Assembly (NCBI GenBank): GCA_964016885.1
Contig: OZ024748.1
Span: forward strand, 8,060,001-8,124,000
Reading direction: 5' to 3'
DNA: 64,000 bases
Origin: Eledone cirrhosa
Taxonomy: Eukaryota
A program made the translations under genes and the position numbers. The notes below the pieces were generated by a model, which had not been told where the DNA came from, did no database searches, and was given only the letters and a program-made list of their open reading frames with translations. Each line of letters opens with the position of its first letter. Positions within the stretch are counted from its first letter, which is position 1. This document shows positions 1 through 14,791 of the stretch, one piece after another.

Positions 1-189
1 GTAAACGGTAGATATATTGAAAGACTTGGGTCACGGTAGGTAGAGTGATTCCCATCATTCACGTTTTAATTAAATTTATTTTCTTCGATCACAAAAAATA
101 TTCTTTCAACTGTATTTTATTTATGTTTGCATACCATGCATTCCAAAATCTTCTTCTTCTTCTTCTTCTTCTTCTTCTTCTCTCCCCCC

Positions 190-350
190 CCCCCATTCTT
201 GAGAGTATCATGGTGACAGAGTCCTGAAACACTCTTCTAATGGGTTCCTGTCAGAAGCAACCATTTCCACATGAGCTAGCTGGATCCCCAAGCGAGACCA
301 GTCGGACTCATGGGTGTTATCCAACGTCCTGCTTGGGATCTACCCATGGG
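190..350 (-). pseudogene. Possible RTE-like LINE 3' end with (AAG)n tail
   Basis: Minus-strand GRSQAGRW resembles the GRP..RW C-terminal motif; adjacent to (CTT)n at 150-180. Confidence 0.3.
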
Positions 351-524
351 TTTCTTACATAGGTGACTGCTGATCTTCCACAAACAAACCTTGCCCAGGA
401 TTGTGCCTCGGAGGGAAACTTTCTAGTTGAAAACCATGATCATTAGTGACCGATTAATTAACCCGAGGTCAGACCCGACTAAACAGACTTTTGATCAATG
501 ATGTGCAATTTCGTCTTTGTTCAT

Positions 525-905
525 GTAGACGCCATGCTTTCTAGCATAGTTACGTCCCTTTACGGTCTGAGTTCAAATCCCGTCGAGGTTAACTTTGCCT
601 TTCATCCTTACGGGGTCGATTAAATAAAGTACCAGTAATGTACTGGGAAATTACTGGCCTTGTGCCAAAAGTAGAAACAATTATATAATATGGATTGGCA
701 GAATCGATAGAATGTCAGATGTAATGCTTTGTAGCATAGAGTTGCGGCCCTTTAAGTTCTGAATTCAAATCCCGACGAGATTAGCTTTGTCTTTCATCCG
801 TACGGGGTTGATCAAATAAATTACCAGTAACACACTGGGGTCGATTTAATCGACTTTCCTCATCCTCTTCAAATTGCTGGCCTTGTGCTTACATAAGAAA
901 CCATT
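525..905 (+). mobile_element. Two tandem SINE family A copies
   Basis: The core and the tail GGCCTTGTGC..AGAAAC occur twice (ending about 682 and about 905). Confidence 0.8.
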
Positions 906-1331
906 ATATATTATGTCGTTTTTTTTAAAGAAGGTAGTGTGTAATCTGAGAGGAATATGTTTGTTGTTTTAAACATTATATTTTATTATATACGTCATAT
1001 CAACTTTTTCAAATCTCAGCAGAATTTTAAATTCCATTAGTTTCTACCCAGGCTACATTATGACTATACATCAGTCCATTTATGCGCATCAAATATTCAT
1101 AATGAATAATTTCATATTGTAATATTTTTATAGACGGTGACTTGACAGAAATGTTGGAACGTCGGAGACAATACATTACGGTATTTATTCCGGCTCTTTT
1201 GTACTCTGAGTTTAAATCCCACCGAGTCAACTTTGACTTTAAGCTGTGGTTCAATAATGGGTTAAAGTCTTACGCTATATCTCTTTCCAACTTCTTCTCT
1301 TGTTAATGGTGAAAGACATACAGGTAACAAG

Positions 1332-1570
<239 letters not shown>

Positions 1571-1663
1571 TTGTATGTGAAAGGTAAACAGAAATAACAA
1601 CACAATCGGTACAGTATATGGAAGGGATATATTAGGTTAACGCTTGATATAGCAGGAAGAGGG

Positions 1664-1699
1664 TCTTAACGTTTCGGACGCTAGTCCTTCATCAGAAGA
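1664..1699 (-). ncRNA. Minimal type I hammerhead ribozyme in a Penelope-like terminus
   Basis: UCUU-CUGAUGA-A-GGAC-uagc-GUCC-GAAAC-GUU/AAGA. Conserved core; stem I UCUU:AAGA; stem II GGAC:GUCC; palindromic ACGU stem III. Confidence 0.75.
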
Positions 1700-1839
1700 A
1701 AGAATTAGAAATAAGATAGATTGAGGGGACGGGAGGGATGGAATTGAAAAATAAATGTCTTTAGATAAGATAAAAATTACAGATCCATTCATGTTGACAT
1801 CTCTTGCAAAACTCTACTATATATATATATATATATATA

Positions 1840-1920
<81 letters not shown>

Positions 1921-2689
1921 CAGTAGTACGTAATCTGTGGTTATTATTGACAGTTGTTTTGACAATAGACGTAAGAATAACATGTAACTATTGTTGGGAA
2001 ATTGTAAGAAATCTATGATTAATAAGGAATCATGGCGTATCATACAAGTTTGGAGATTTTCTGTGCTTAGAAGGAAAATTAGAATTAAAATGGCTACTCC
2101 TTAAAGGAACAGTCAATTGAATGATCAGATTTCTTGGAATTACGTCAATTGTCTGAGAAATATCAACCAGTAAGCCAGACATATCAACATAGTCTGTCTA
2201 CTAAGATATCGTACTGTATATAATTCTCTCATATGAAACCTAATTTGAAGCTTAAGAAATCAATTTACACAAAGTCAACCAATGCATTGAAGACTATAAA
2301 TGTATTTAGCTGTAACGATGATCAATCTCATAATTTAATTTATCACATCATAAGTGGTATTGTCAAGAATATTAGAAAAGAATTGAAAATAGAAATTTAA
2401 CATATGAAAATAATTTTGAAATAGAGAAAAAAATTTTAATCTCTCAGACATGCGATACTAGTAGTTACTAGTAGTAGTATATAATATAGTATTAACCGTT
2501 TTGATACTAAACCATCATGAATTTATGTGAGAATCGTTTTTAAGTTATGTCCTTAAAACTAACTTAATAACGAGAAAGTTAGTCATATTATTAAATCTCC
2601 ACTCACCAAATTCTTCGTTATTTTAAAAATTGTTTGAAAATAGTGAGAAATGTCTTACATTAGAAATATAGTGAAGAAAGGGTTATTCC

Positions 2690-2900
2690 AAAGACCCTTC
2701 GGAGGAATCCGAATTTTGGACACGATCTCCTGCAATTATTGCACTTAATCCAGCCTCCTGCTTTCCATCAGTAATATCACTCATAAACACGACCCCGAAA
2801 TACTTTAACTTTTCCACCTACTTCTGTGAAACTCCACTCACATGTAGGGTGCACTACGCAAGCTTCCTTGAGTGGACGAGTGTCTCAGTCTTCTTAATTC
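2690..2900 (-). pseudogene. Probable RTE-like LINE remnant
   Basis: The minus strand gives VEKLKYFGVVFMSD, resembling the post-YADD 'VE.FKYLG' motif. Confidence 0.45.
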
Positions 2901-2917
2901 TAAATGACATTATTTAT

Positions 2918-3020
2918 TGTCGAGGTTAACTTTGCCTTTCATCCTTGCGGGGTTGATAAAATAAAGTACCAGTAATACATTGGGTAATTGCTGGCATTGT
3001 TCCAAAAGTAGAAACAATTA
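2918..3020 (+). mobile_element. 5'-truncated SINE family A
   Basis: Core plus tail; preceded by ATTATTTATT. Confidence 0.75.
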
Positions 3021-3912
3021 TATTAATTTATTGTGGCTTTTACTAAGTTGCAGAAAACCAATGTATAATTAGAGTTAAAACTAAAGAGAACCATTATAGT
3101 GTAATTCTTATTACCTTAGATCATTTTAGGTTTCACTAAATAATCTCTTTTAAGACTCTCAGCTTAATTCAATTAAATATGATTCTTCTTATCAAACAAT
3201 TGTCGTCCAAGAAAAACAATATACAACGGTTCACCTGTAATATTAACCATGAAGGCTTTCTCAGGCTCACCTTAAACCAACTCTTGTACACTTTACCTTT
3301 TCGATTACATCCTTCGGTTTTTGTTTTTCTCTTCTGTACATCGAATTACACACACTCTTGTGCAGATAATGGCTACCTGTATATTCTGACTTCCTACACA
3401 TGCAACACAACATCACGCCAAACATTCATCACTTCCATTAAGACATCTATCAATGTATATTTGACAATTTAATTACACTCAACCAAAACCGATTCATTCT
3501 CCCCATATAAAGGAACGTACCTTCAGGAATTCAGGAAACACTTTTCTTACCCAATAACAACACACAAACCTGTCACGACATCCCAACCTTTGTGGACGTT
3601 GAATGAGCAAATTATTACGTAGTCTCATAGGCTGGTGTGTTGCGTTGTATTTTCGCATTGATTCTTCCCCCACACATCTACTGTCTCTCAGCCAACAACT
3701 TGCACCCCTTTGCTCCTAACATTCCACTTCATCTCATTCTTAAGCAAATAAATTCTTCATTGATAGAACTGCAGATATCTAAAACTCTAATCTAGGTTTT
3801 CCAACAAGCCATCTACATAAATATATTTTTAAAAATCATTTTAGGCTTCAATTCACCGAACCAACCTCAAAGGCTCGGCTCTACGTACGACGGTCTTTTG
3901 GGGTCGTTGGCT

Positions 3913-3943
<31 letters not shown>

Positions 3944-4478
3944 AAGAAGAAGAAGAAGAAGAAGAAGAAGAAGAAGAAGAAGAAGAAGAAGAAGAAGAAG
4001 AGAAGAAGAAGAAGAAGAAGAAGAAGAAGAAGAAGAAGAAGAACCTCAAAGCCCGATCACGTGCCATAGGATTAAAAAGTTTATAAAGACTATCACATCT
4101 CTTCCAACTAAATGATGTTTTTAAAGTCAAGTCATAGCAACTGTTTCTTTCCATGCTTTTTAAACTAATTTCTCTTGTCTTGAATATCGGAAAACGTTAA
4201 TAATCTTTCTAATAAAGTTTATTAATTAATTCAATGATGTAATCATATATTTTTCCAGCTGACATAACTCTAGTTTGGTCAACACGTTTTAACTCAGGCG
4301 AAATAACAAGACTCGCCATCGGTTTGTGAGTCAACGAGAAAGACCCTGTGTAGGATCTCAACCTGCTAGAAATAGTAGCCAAATCTACCTCATATTAGGC
4401 TGTCTTACAGTTGGACACATTAGATAATATATTCTATGACAACCCTAAAGAGACAAGCTGATCACGCCCGTATGCATG

Positions 4479-4519
<41 letters not shown>

Positions 4520-4521
<2 letters not shown>

Positions 4522-4712
4522 CGAAGGAAATGTGGTAAGGAACCAGGTGGACCATAACGCACCAAAGTACTCAATACTTAGGGTAGTAGAGTGGGTAATA
4601 GGAACGAGTAAGACCCCGACGGCTGAGCTCAAGCCGTTTCGACGGCTAATTCTGGACTAATTAGCCGTCGAAACGGCTTGAGCTCAGCCGTCAGGGTCCT
4701 ACTCGTTCCTAT
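4520..4712. mobile_element. Penelope-like fold-back element, family P1, copy a
   Basis: Asymmetric inverted repeat centred near CTGGACT, in (TA)n; near-identical to the copies at 10818, 41318 and 63620. Confidence 0.7.
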
Positions 4713-5168
4713 ATATATATATATGTATATATATATGTGTGTGTGTATGTATAAACTATCTAACTTTAGAACTTCTACCCATCATAGCAACCTGAAACAT
4801 GCATCAAAGAGGTTGTTTCTGTCTTTTGTGACACAGGAGTTTTCTATTGACAGCATTTCTGTCAATAGAAAATTAAAAAAAGTGTTCTGCAACCAACATA
4901 ATAATGAACGCTATCCCAATTTCTAAAATTCTGGGAGGTATTTTTTTTAAGGAATTAGTTGTTAATATAATAGAATATGGAAATGGGTGAATCTGCCAGT
5001 GAATGTATTGTTTAAAGACCAGAGTATGACGTCACTAGAGTTTCATTGTAACACGTTTACCTTTAACTCATTATTCACTGTATATATGTCATTGTTAGGC
5101 AGAGGATGTAATCAATCACATATTTGAGACGTAGTTACTAATACACATGCACTCACACACATATACAT

Positions 5169-5200
<32 letters not shown>

Positions 5201-5574
5201 TTATATATTTATTTATATATATATACATATATGTATATATATATGTGTGTGTGTGTGTGTGCATGTATGTATGTATACATATTTATATATATATGTGTGT
5301 GTGTATGTGTGTGTGTGTACATTTACATACATTCTAGATAATATACAAAAGAAGACCATCCAACTTTCCATCATCCACTTTTCCTTCATCAAAGACATCA
5401 ATAAAGATAACCCTCTGTAGCGCTGTGTGATCCATTTCTAGCGTTATACAACCAAAAACTCTTTTCTTCTAAACCAGCAAGGTGTTTACTATGTTCACTG
5501 AAGAAGAGTGAAAGCAAGAAATACTCTCAAAAGCTGCTCAAACATCAGCAACATTAGCAGGGTTAAGACCAATA

Positions 5575-7502
5575 TAGCGAGACAAGAACATCAGTTTCGT
5601 GGTTCAACTGAAACTCATACATGATTTAGTGAGACAATAACATCAGTCTGGTGGTTCAGCTGAAACTCATACATGATCTAGTGAGACAAGAACATCAGTC
5701 TGGTGGTCCAACTGAAACTCATACATGATCTAGTGAGACAAGAATATCAGTCTGGTGGTTCAACTGAAACTCATACATGATCTAGTGAGAAAAGAACATC
5801 AGTCACGTGGCTCAACTGAAACTCATACATGATCTAGTGAGACAAGAACATCAGTCTGGTGGTTCAACTGAAACTCATACATGATCTAGTGAGACAAGAA
5901 TATCAGTCTGGTGGTTCAACTGAAACTCATACATGATCTAGTGAGAAAAGAACATCAGTCACGTGGCTCAACTGAAACTCATACATGATCTAGTGAGACA
6001 AGAACATCAGTCTGGTGGTTCAGCTGAAACTCATACATGATCTAGTGAGACAAGAACATCAGTCTGGTGGTCCAACTGAAACTCATACATGATCTAGTGA
6101 GACAAGAATATCAGTCTGGTGGTTCAACTGAAACTCATACATGATCTAGTGAGAAAAGAACATCAGTCACGTGGCTCAACTGAAACTCATACATGATCTA
6201 GTGAGACAAGAACATCAGTCTGGTGGTTCAGCTGAAACTCATACATGATCTAGTGAGACAAGAACATCAGTCTGGTGGTCCAACTGAAACTCATACATGA
6301 TCTAGTGAGACAAGAATATCAGTCTGGTGGTTCAACTGAAACTCATACATGATCTAGTGAGAAAAGAACATCAGTCACGTGGCTCAACTGAAACTCATAC
6401 ATGATCTAGTGAGACAAGAACATCAGTCTGGTGGTTCAGCTGAAACTCATACATGATCTAGTGAGACAAGAACATCAGTCTGGTGGTCCAACTGAAACTC
6501 ATACATGATCTAGTGAGACAAGAATATCAGGCTGGTGGTTCAACTGAAACTCATACATGATCTAGTGAGACAAGAACATCAGTCACGTGGCTCAACTGGA
6601 ACTCATACATGATCTAGTGAGACAAGAACATCAGTCTGGTGGTTCAACTGAAACTCATACATGATTTAGTGAGACAATAACATCAGTCTGGTGGTTCAGC
6701 TGAAACTCATACATGATCTAGTGAGACAAGAACATCAGTCTGGTGGTCCAACTGAAACTCATACATGATCTAGTGAGACAAGAATATCAGTCTGGTGGTT
6801 CAACTGAAACTCATACATGATCTAGTGAGACAAGAACATCAGTCTGGTGGTTCAACTGAAACTCATACATGATCTAGTGAGACAAGAATATCAGTCTGGT
6901 GGTTCAACTGAAACTCATACGTGATCTAGTGAGACAAGAAAATCAGTCTGGTGGTTCAACTGAAACTCATACATGATCTAGTGAGACAAGAATATCAGTC
7001 TGGTGGTTCAACTGAAACTCATACATGATCTAGTGAGACAAGAACATCAGTCACGTGGCTCAACTGAAACTCATACATGATCTAGTGAGACAAGAAAATC
7101 AGTAACGTGGCTCAACTGAAACTCATACATGATCTAGTGAGACAAGAACATCAGTCACGTGGCTCAACTGAAACTCATACATGATCTAGTGAGACAAGAA
7201 CATCAGTCTGGTGGTTCAACTGAAACTCATACATGATCTAGTGAGACAAGAACATCAGTCACGTGGCTCAACTGAAACTCATACATGATCTAGTGAGACA
7301 AGAACATCAGACACGTGGTTCAACTGAAACTCATACATGATCTAGTGAGACAAGAACATCAGACACGTGGTTCTACTGAAACTCATACATGATCTAGTGA
7401 GACAAGAAAATCAGTCACGTGGCTCAACTGAAACTCATACATGATCTAGTGAGACAAGAACATCAGTCACGTGGCTCAACTGAAACTCATACATGATCTA
7501 GT
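5575..7502. repeat. Minisatellite, 52-bp unit, about 37 copies
   Basis: Unit TAGTGAGACAAGAACATCAGTCTGGTGGTTCAACTGAAACTCATACATGATC. Phase recurs every 260 bp (5731, 5991). Confidence 0.97.
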
Positions 7503-9268
7503 ACTCTCCATCTTTTGATATGCCATCGAGAATTAGTAACAGTCGCAGCTTAATTACAGAGGAAAGTAGTGATAATTCGACATCAGATACTACAGAAGAA
7601 ATATATATAGAGAGAGTAAAGGGGAGATTAAAACAGATTAAAATAATTGAAGATCATAAGAATGGAGCAATAATGGGCATGAGGCACTAGAAGAATTTAT
7701 AGAATTAGATCTAAAGATAGTAGAGAAGCTGTGGGTGGAATTCATTTACTTCAGACAAATGTTAATGGTGTGAAACACTTTATTAAGATCAATTAACTGA
7801 ATAGATTACCAAAACATTCCGTTTTCCTAAAGTTTTGCTAACTTTCATTGAAAATATCTTGATGAGAAATCTGTTCATTTCAAAGGCCTTTAAAGGTTTC
7901 TTTGCTCACCTTAATTGAAATGTTGCTTTGACTTAATTAGCAATCTACACAGACCAGTCATCTACAGCTGATTGTTAGATAGTATAGGGTTGAAATATAT
8001 TCAATCAATACATTTCATTACTAGTTTAGAATTCACCTAAATCATTAATTATGTCACAACTTAATTAATCATGGCGGCCAATATAATGTAGAGCAGAGAC
8101 ATATGATTGGTTGTCATATATTTAAAGATTCCTCTTTTAATAAGTATATTCTACTATATATTTTCTGCTGACGTTGTATGTCACTAACCTTCGATTACGA
8201 AGTCTCTTTTGTTTCACATTGGGGTGTATTTATACATTTTTTGCTGCCTCGGTTACACCCTGGAATGTTTCTCTATAAATACACCCAAATGAAGAAAAAA
8301 AGAGACTACGTAATTTGCATATTTCACTATGTTGAAAGAACTAGTAGCAGTAATATACACAAGACTATTAGTAATGGTCATAACAAAACCTGGGTGTATA
8401 CCAGCGCTTATGAAATGTAGACTGAAAAACCCACCAACACACGCTGCAATGGTGCATATTCTGACAGTAAATCAACTGCTAAAGAGAGGAAAGATGCAAC
8501 TATCATAGCGGAGTATCTGAGCAATGGACATAAGAGAGATTTAGTTGAAGCTTCTGTTATGTTAAGCGAAACAACGCTGCTTTCAATGAAGTTCTCTATA
8601 GAAGAAGGCACTTATATATAACACAGAAGTGTGTCTGATATGAAAACCGTTCTGAAATTCGCTATAAAAGGTGAGAGGTTCTATGTAATTAATGAGGGGC
8701 TGGAGGTGTGACTAAGATTTAATATACCGATTAAAGGATGCTTTCAAAGAGGCCAGAAATTATAAAAGAGAAGTCATACAAGAGACATTTCGATGTCGTG
8801 TGTGTAAGGCATGCATGAGAATCAATATTGAGAAGAGAATGATATTATTATTATCGTAGTAGGTGAGTAAGGTGGTTATATAATATGCAGAAATAAATCT
8901 GAGGTCTGACATATCTGAAGTAGTAGAAAAGTATGAAAAGTATCAAATAGAAGCTTTAGCAACATAGATAGGTATATAAACATCTAACAAGCGTTTGAAG
9001 TATTCATCATAGGGAGAGATATATGTGTGTATGTGACAATGTATTCGTTTGTGTAAGACCACAACAATCGTTATATTTATTGACTAGTAGTAAAATACTT
9101 CATAAACACGATGTCATGTTTAATATTTCTCGTATTCAATTTCAACCTCCATTTCGTATTTGACTTCGGGTTGGTTATAAATTCGATCAATGACGAATAT
9201 TATTGCCGCTCAATACAACCATTGAAATAAGAGCAGCCAATAAACATATTTCATGGGATATTGTCAAG

Positions 9269-9374
<106 letters not shown>

Positions 9375-9447
9375 ATGTATATAGGATTATACGTATATAT
9401 ATATAAATATTTGCATGCCTATGAGTGTTAGTATGTGAGTGAAAGAA

Positions 9448-9621
<174 letters not shown>

Positions 9622-10078
9622 GCGCTTGGATGATTTAAAATTGGAAAACGTAGGTATTCAGACGCAGAAAACTGTAAAAACATTAAATCACTATAAATTA
9701 TAGCTTCTTTACATAGCTTTTTGAAAGATTGCTAATGTGAAATCATGTTGAAACAGATGTTATATTTTGGGTGGGTCATATCGATGATAAAGACACACGC
9801 ATCTGTTAGATTTTCGATCGGTTTTATTATTAGTCAGTTAACCAATCTATTCCCTCTTCACTTTAGTAACGGAAACAGAAGATGGAGCAAATAAAACAAG
9901 CTGAAAACGAAGAGAAAACACCAAGGAGTAAGAATTTCCTTGGAAAGGCAACAGAATGTGCGACGAAAGAGTTTTGACATTTATATATCTGTCTGGTCAC
10001 AAAACTAACCGATGGTGCGCGTGTTTGAGTATGTATATATCTGTGTATATGTATATATTTGTGTATATAAATTCATAC

Positions 10079-10141
<63 letters not shown>

Positions 10142-10414
10142 GGAACGTGCTTTAATAGTTAGAGGTGACCATAAGATTATGGATTATGATGTCGATTTTC
10201 GGAACAGACGACGTATTGTGTCCACGAGGAAGACACTTTATTTCACACTATAATAATAGTAATATGATGATGAGTGTGAGGATGATGTCAACGAAGAAGA
10301 AGAAGAAGAAGAAGAAGAAGAAGAAGAAGAAGAAGAAGAAGAAGAAGAAGAAGAAGAAGAAGAAGAAGATATGAGTGTATATATGTGTATATATATATAT
10401 ATATATACACACAC

Positions 10415-10512
<98 letters not shown>

Positions 10513-10784
10513 CATATATATTGATTAGCGACGAACATCAAATGAGAAACTGGTCGATATTTCGCCTTTTTGATTTGCTCATAATGGCTGAGTTTAAAAT
10601 AATGAAATAGATTGACGTCGTCTCTCAGATGATGTTCGATAAACTAACAGTGTAATATAGCAGAGTCAATAGACTATTAGCCGAGAATAATTAGATCGCT
10701 CTCCTACAAAACATAACATATACATATTAGCACCAACACTCATATACCATATACACACTTGCGCACGAACACATACAGACACAC

Positions 10785-10817
<33 letters not shown>

Positions 10818-10821
<4 letters not shown>

Positions 10822-11020
10822 AACGAGTAGGACCCCGACGGCTGAGATCAAGCCGTTTCGACGGCTAATTCTGGACTAAATTTAGTCCAGAATTAGCCGT
10901 CGAAACGGCTTGAGCTCAGCCGTCGGGGTCCTACTCGTTCCTATTACCCACTCTACTACCCTAAGTATTGAGTACTTTGGTGCGTTATGGTCCACCTGGT
11001 TCCTTACCACATTTCCTTCG

Positions 11021-11022
<2 letters not shown>
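10818..11022. mobile_element. P1 fold-back, copy b
   Basis: Palindrome centred on CTAAATTTAG (about 10880); the long arm extends to TTCCTTCGTT followed by (AT)n. Confidence 0.7.
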
Positions 11023-11119
<97 letters not shown>

Positions 11120-11196
11120 TAGCTGACACAAAATTCTCCAGCAGGCGTAGATCCATGGTATTTCGAGACCAACGGATGCCAATAACAAGTTATATA

Positions 11197-11590
11197 ATAA
11201 TTGTTTCTATGTTAGGAACAAGGCCACCAATTGCCCAGTGCATTACTGGTACTTTATTTTATCGACCCCGTAAGGATGAAAGGCAAAGTTAACCTTGGCG
11301 GGATTTGAACTCAGATGGCAATATATAATAATAATTGTTTCTACTTTAGGCACAAGGCCAGTAATTACCCAGTGCATTACTGGTACTTTATTTTATAATA
11401 ATAATAATAATAATAATTGTTTCTACTTTTGGCACAAGGCCAGCAATTTCCCAGTGTATTACTGGTACTTTATTTTATCGACCCCCGTAAGGATGAAAGG
11501 CAAAGTTAACCTCGGCGGGATTTGAACTCAGAATGGCAAGGGCCGTAACTCTATGCGTCAAAGCATGGCGTCCGACCCTCTACCGATACA
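11197..11590 (-). mobile_element. Stack of three truncated SINE family A copies separated by (AAT)n
   Basis: The reverse tail TTGTTTCTA..GGCACAAGGCC occurs at about 11201, 11335 and 11417, with AAT tracts between and after the copies. Confidence 0.8.
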
Positions 11591-11598
11591 ATAATAAT

Positions 11599-11663
<65 letters not shown>

Positions 11664-11715
11664 TGGTGGGGTGTAAGTAAATATGTTTATATGTAAGTAC
11701 GTGTCTGTGTATTTT

Positions 11716-11778
<63 letters not shown>

Positions 11779-12891
11779 GGCGAATTAATTTATATATATA
11801 TATATAAACGGATGAATTAATTAATTTTGCAAGGTTCTTGATATGAAATCGTGTAATAAAATACACTCACTGTTAAACAGTGAGTGTATTTTATTATTAT
11901 TTCTGGCAATATTATAACAATATGACCCTCCCCAAATATAACAATGTTTATATATATACATATATAAATACATACATATATATATATATTTATATATCAT
12001 AGATTGAGTTAGAAACTCAAAATAATCTTTTACAATTAAATAGCTCAAGGAAGGGAATCTTTCCGAGCCGTGTAATACAATTGAATATATGAGAGGGGTG
12101 AACACCAATGCAAGTATACATGTGTTCCAATAGCAAATGACCAAGTTAGCTAGGTTGAAAAAATACTAATTTAAAACAATATGGTTTGCCTGTCTCGATT
12201 TAACGTAATAAATCAATAAAAATAACAAACCTATATCCGGCAACTGCCGTTTGATACCCGGACAGATCTAAATCTGTTTCCGCAAGAATTATTAAGTGAA
12301 AGCCACCATTCCTGTGCTCTTTCATTTCTTTTATTTCTTTGTATTTTCCATTTCCTCATTTTCTTCTTTTTATTATTGTTATTTTTTAATGTACCTTACA
12401 TTGTTTCTTACTTGTTACTTTTTACATCTGTAACTTTTGACATCTGTAACTTTTTACATCTGTAACTTTTTACATCTGTAACTTCTCTATCTATTTACCA
12501 TACAAGTTTTATTATTGATGTTGTTATTTTAATTATTCGCTGCTCTATTATTGATGTTATTGTTTTGTTTTACGCTACTCCTCTATATAAGTCTTGCCTC
12601 GAGTGAATTATTTTCATATCTATGTGTTCTGATGTGTTGACAAGTGGTAAACAATGTATTGGAGATCGATTGACGCAACCTCAAGCGATTAGCGAACTCT
12701 AGAGACACCTGACCAACGAAACAATTGTAAGTACTTTAAATAAAGCCCTTATTGTACAGCCAACCATTCCTTTAACTTTTATTACTCCAAGTATAACCTG
12801 CATAGAGATTACCGCGAACTCGCTGCATAACTATGGAAACATATTGTATATATATATGTGTGTGTGTGCGTGTGTGTGTGTGTGTGTGTGT

Positions 12892-13170
12892 AGGCACGTA
12901 GGCTAGTGGTAACAGTGTTGGACTTACGATCATATTGTTGTGGGTTCGATTCTTGTGCTGCATGTTGTGTTCTTGAGCAAAACACTTCATTTCACGTTGC
13001 TCCAGTATACTCAGCTGAAAATGAGTACCAGCAATAGCTGGAGGTTTAACCCTGCGATGGACTGGCGTCCTGTCCAAGGGAGAGTCTTGTACTCTCAGTC
13101 GCTTCACGCCATGAAACCAGGATAAGCACCGGCCAAATGAGCCTTCTGGCTTAAGACAGACTTTAGACTT
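12892..13170 (+). mobile_element. tRNA-derived SINE family B (CORE-like plus V-like domains)
   Basis: Head TAGGCTAGTGGTAA..GGTTCGATTC; CORE-like TGTGTTCTTGAGCAAAACACTT; V-domain-like CCTGCGATGGACTGGCGTCCTGTCCA. Confidence 0.7.
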
Positions 13171-13215
<45 letters not shown>

Positions 13216-13258
13216 TACGATATTAAATAAATGGAAACTATATTTATAAAACCATATT

Positions 13259-13324
13259 TATTTCATTATATATATTTCAGGGATATCATATTAACAATAT
13301 GCTATGCCTTCCTCAGACAAAATA
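13259..13324 (-). ncRNA. Hammerhead ribozyme motif (Penelope-like family P3)
   Basis: UAUUUUGU-CUGAGGA-AGG...CCU-GAAA-UAUAUAUA/AUGAAAUA. Confidence 0.6.
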
Positions 13325-14645
13325 CAATATAAACAGTTTTATAGATAAATAGATTTGACATACCGTACAACATCGACTTGTATTTGAAAAGTTGAATTGT
13401 AAATATACTCCAAATACTTGTCGAGTTCTTTTATATCAGTTATAAATATTTACTAGTTGTAACCCAACAATTTAAATATAACTTTCCATATATACATATA
13501 TATATATACATAGGTAGATAAGAGGTTTCGCGGTGCAGTTATGGCCACCATTGTGTAGTGGAAGAGCTTTTTGAAAATTGACCTCTCAGCGGTACTACAT
13601 GAAACCCTTTTAGATGGAAGGTAAAGTAGAGCCGGAATAAACCCCGACGCGCTACCGATTCTATTAATCCGCCGCCTTCAATTTATTCTTACTAATAGCT
13701 ATAATAGAGACCAGTCTTGCCAGGAACATAATTCTCTTTTAATAAATTCAGTCCCAATTAATCGTGAAATAATTATTACATCAAATCCATGCAGATTTAA
13801 CAAGCTGTAAATCCTCCTACTATTTTTATCAAGCAATATTCCAATAGGAAATGGTGAGTGAGCAATATAATTTAGCAGATTCGTCTCCCTCTCTCTATAT
13901 ATATATATTAATCTGGAGGACTGAATTACGGCGGAAAAAATTTACATAAAATTCCTTATTTAATGTAAATCATGTTTTTAGGTAAATCGGAAACAAGCCT
14001 CTTCACAGCATCTTCTCGACTCTACTTCTAATAACTCATTATTCTATTTGCCGAGCTTTCAACATTTTTCCTTGACAGCAACATGATCCCGTGTTAATTT
14101 TAAAATTAACACTGGGTCATGACCTACCCAGTGTTAATTTTAAAATCAACACTGGGTCATGACATATCCAATATGCTGCGTCATCGATATTAGAATAATT
14201 CCAAATTCACATCCAATCAGAAGAAAACTCACTGATATTCTCTCTTCAAAGATAATCTTGTATTCTTTTTATTTGACTTCTTATCGGAATATCTTATAAA
14301 AATATACTAATCTTTCTAGCAACACTTTTCTCCATTAGACTAATGATGTTTGTATTTCACACGGGAAACAGTTTAACATTTAAAAAAAATAGGATCTATA
14401 AAATGTGAAAAGTAAATATAAACAGGTAAGATGAAACTCGATGTTTATTGCATCGATAGCTGTAATCAAATGTAAGACCTGGTAAATTTTAAATGATAAT
14501 ACTGTTTAGCTTCCATGAGTTCATGCAACACAAATATTGATTCTAAGAAAACTTAGGCTTTTAAGGTTGAAAGAACTTTCTAGTTATGGAAATTCTAAGT
14601 ATCCTGTTATTCTTAAATCATCGGGATGGTCCCTAAAATATACAT

Positions 14646-14682
<37 letters not shown>

Positions 14683-14791
14683 ATTGTAACGTCCAGTTAC
14701 TGTAGGTTAACCAGTGAAGGCATAAAAAATCGTCTTTTTTATTATATATATATAGGTCAACTTGTTGGTGGTAACAAATATATATATATAT

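Noticed and set aside
3179-3830. Possible decayed Penelope ORF 3' end
   Set aside because: Only a DNGY-like word and a vague terminus; no convincing GIY-YIG or hammerhead motif.
12410-12485. Short tandem (TAACTTTTTACATCTG)n and the ~35-bp duplication at 35568-35638
   Set aside because: Ordinary slippage duplications with no further structure.
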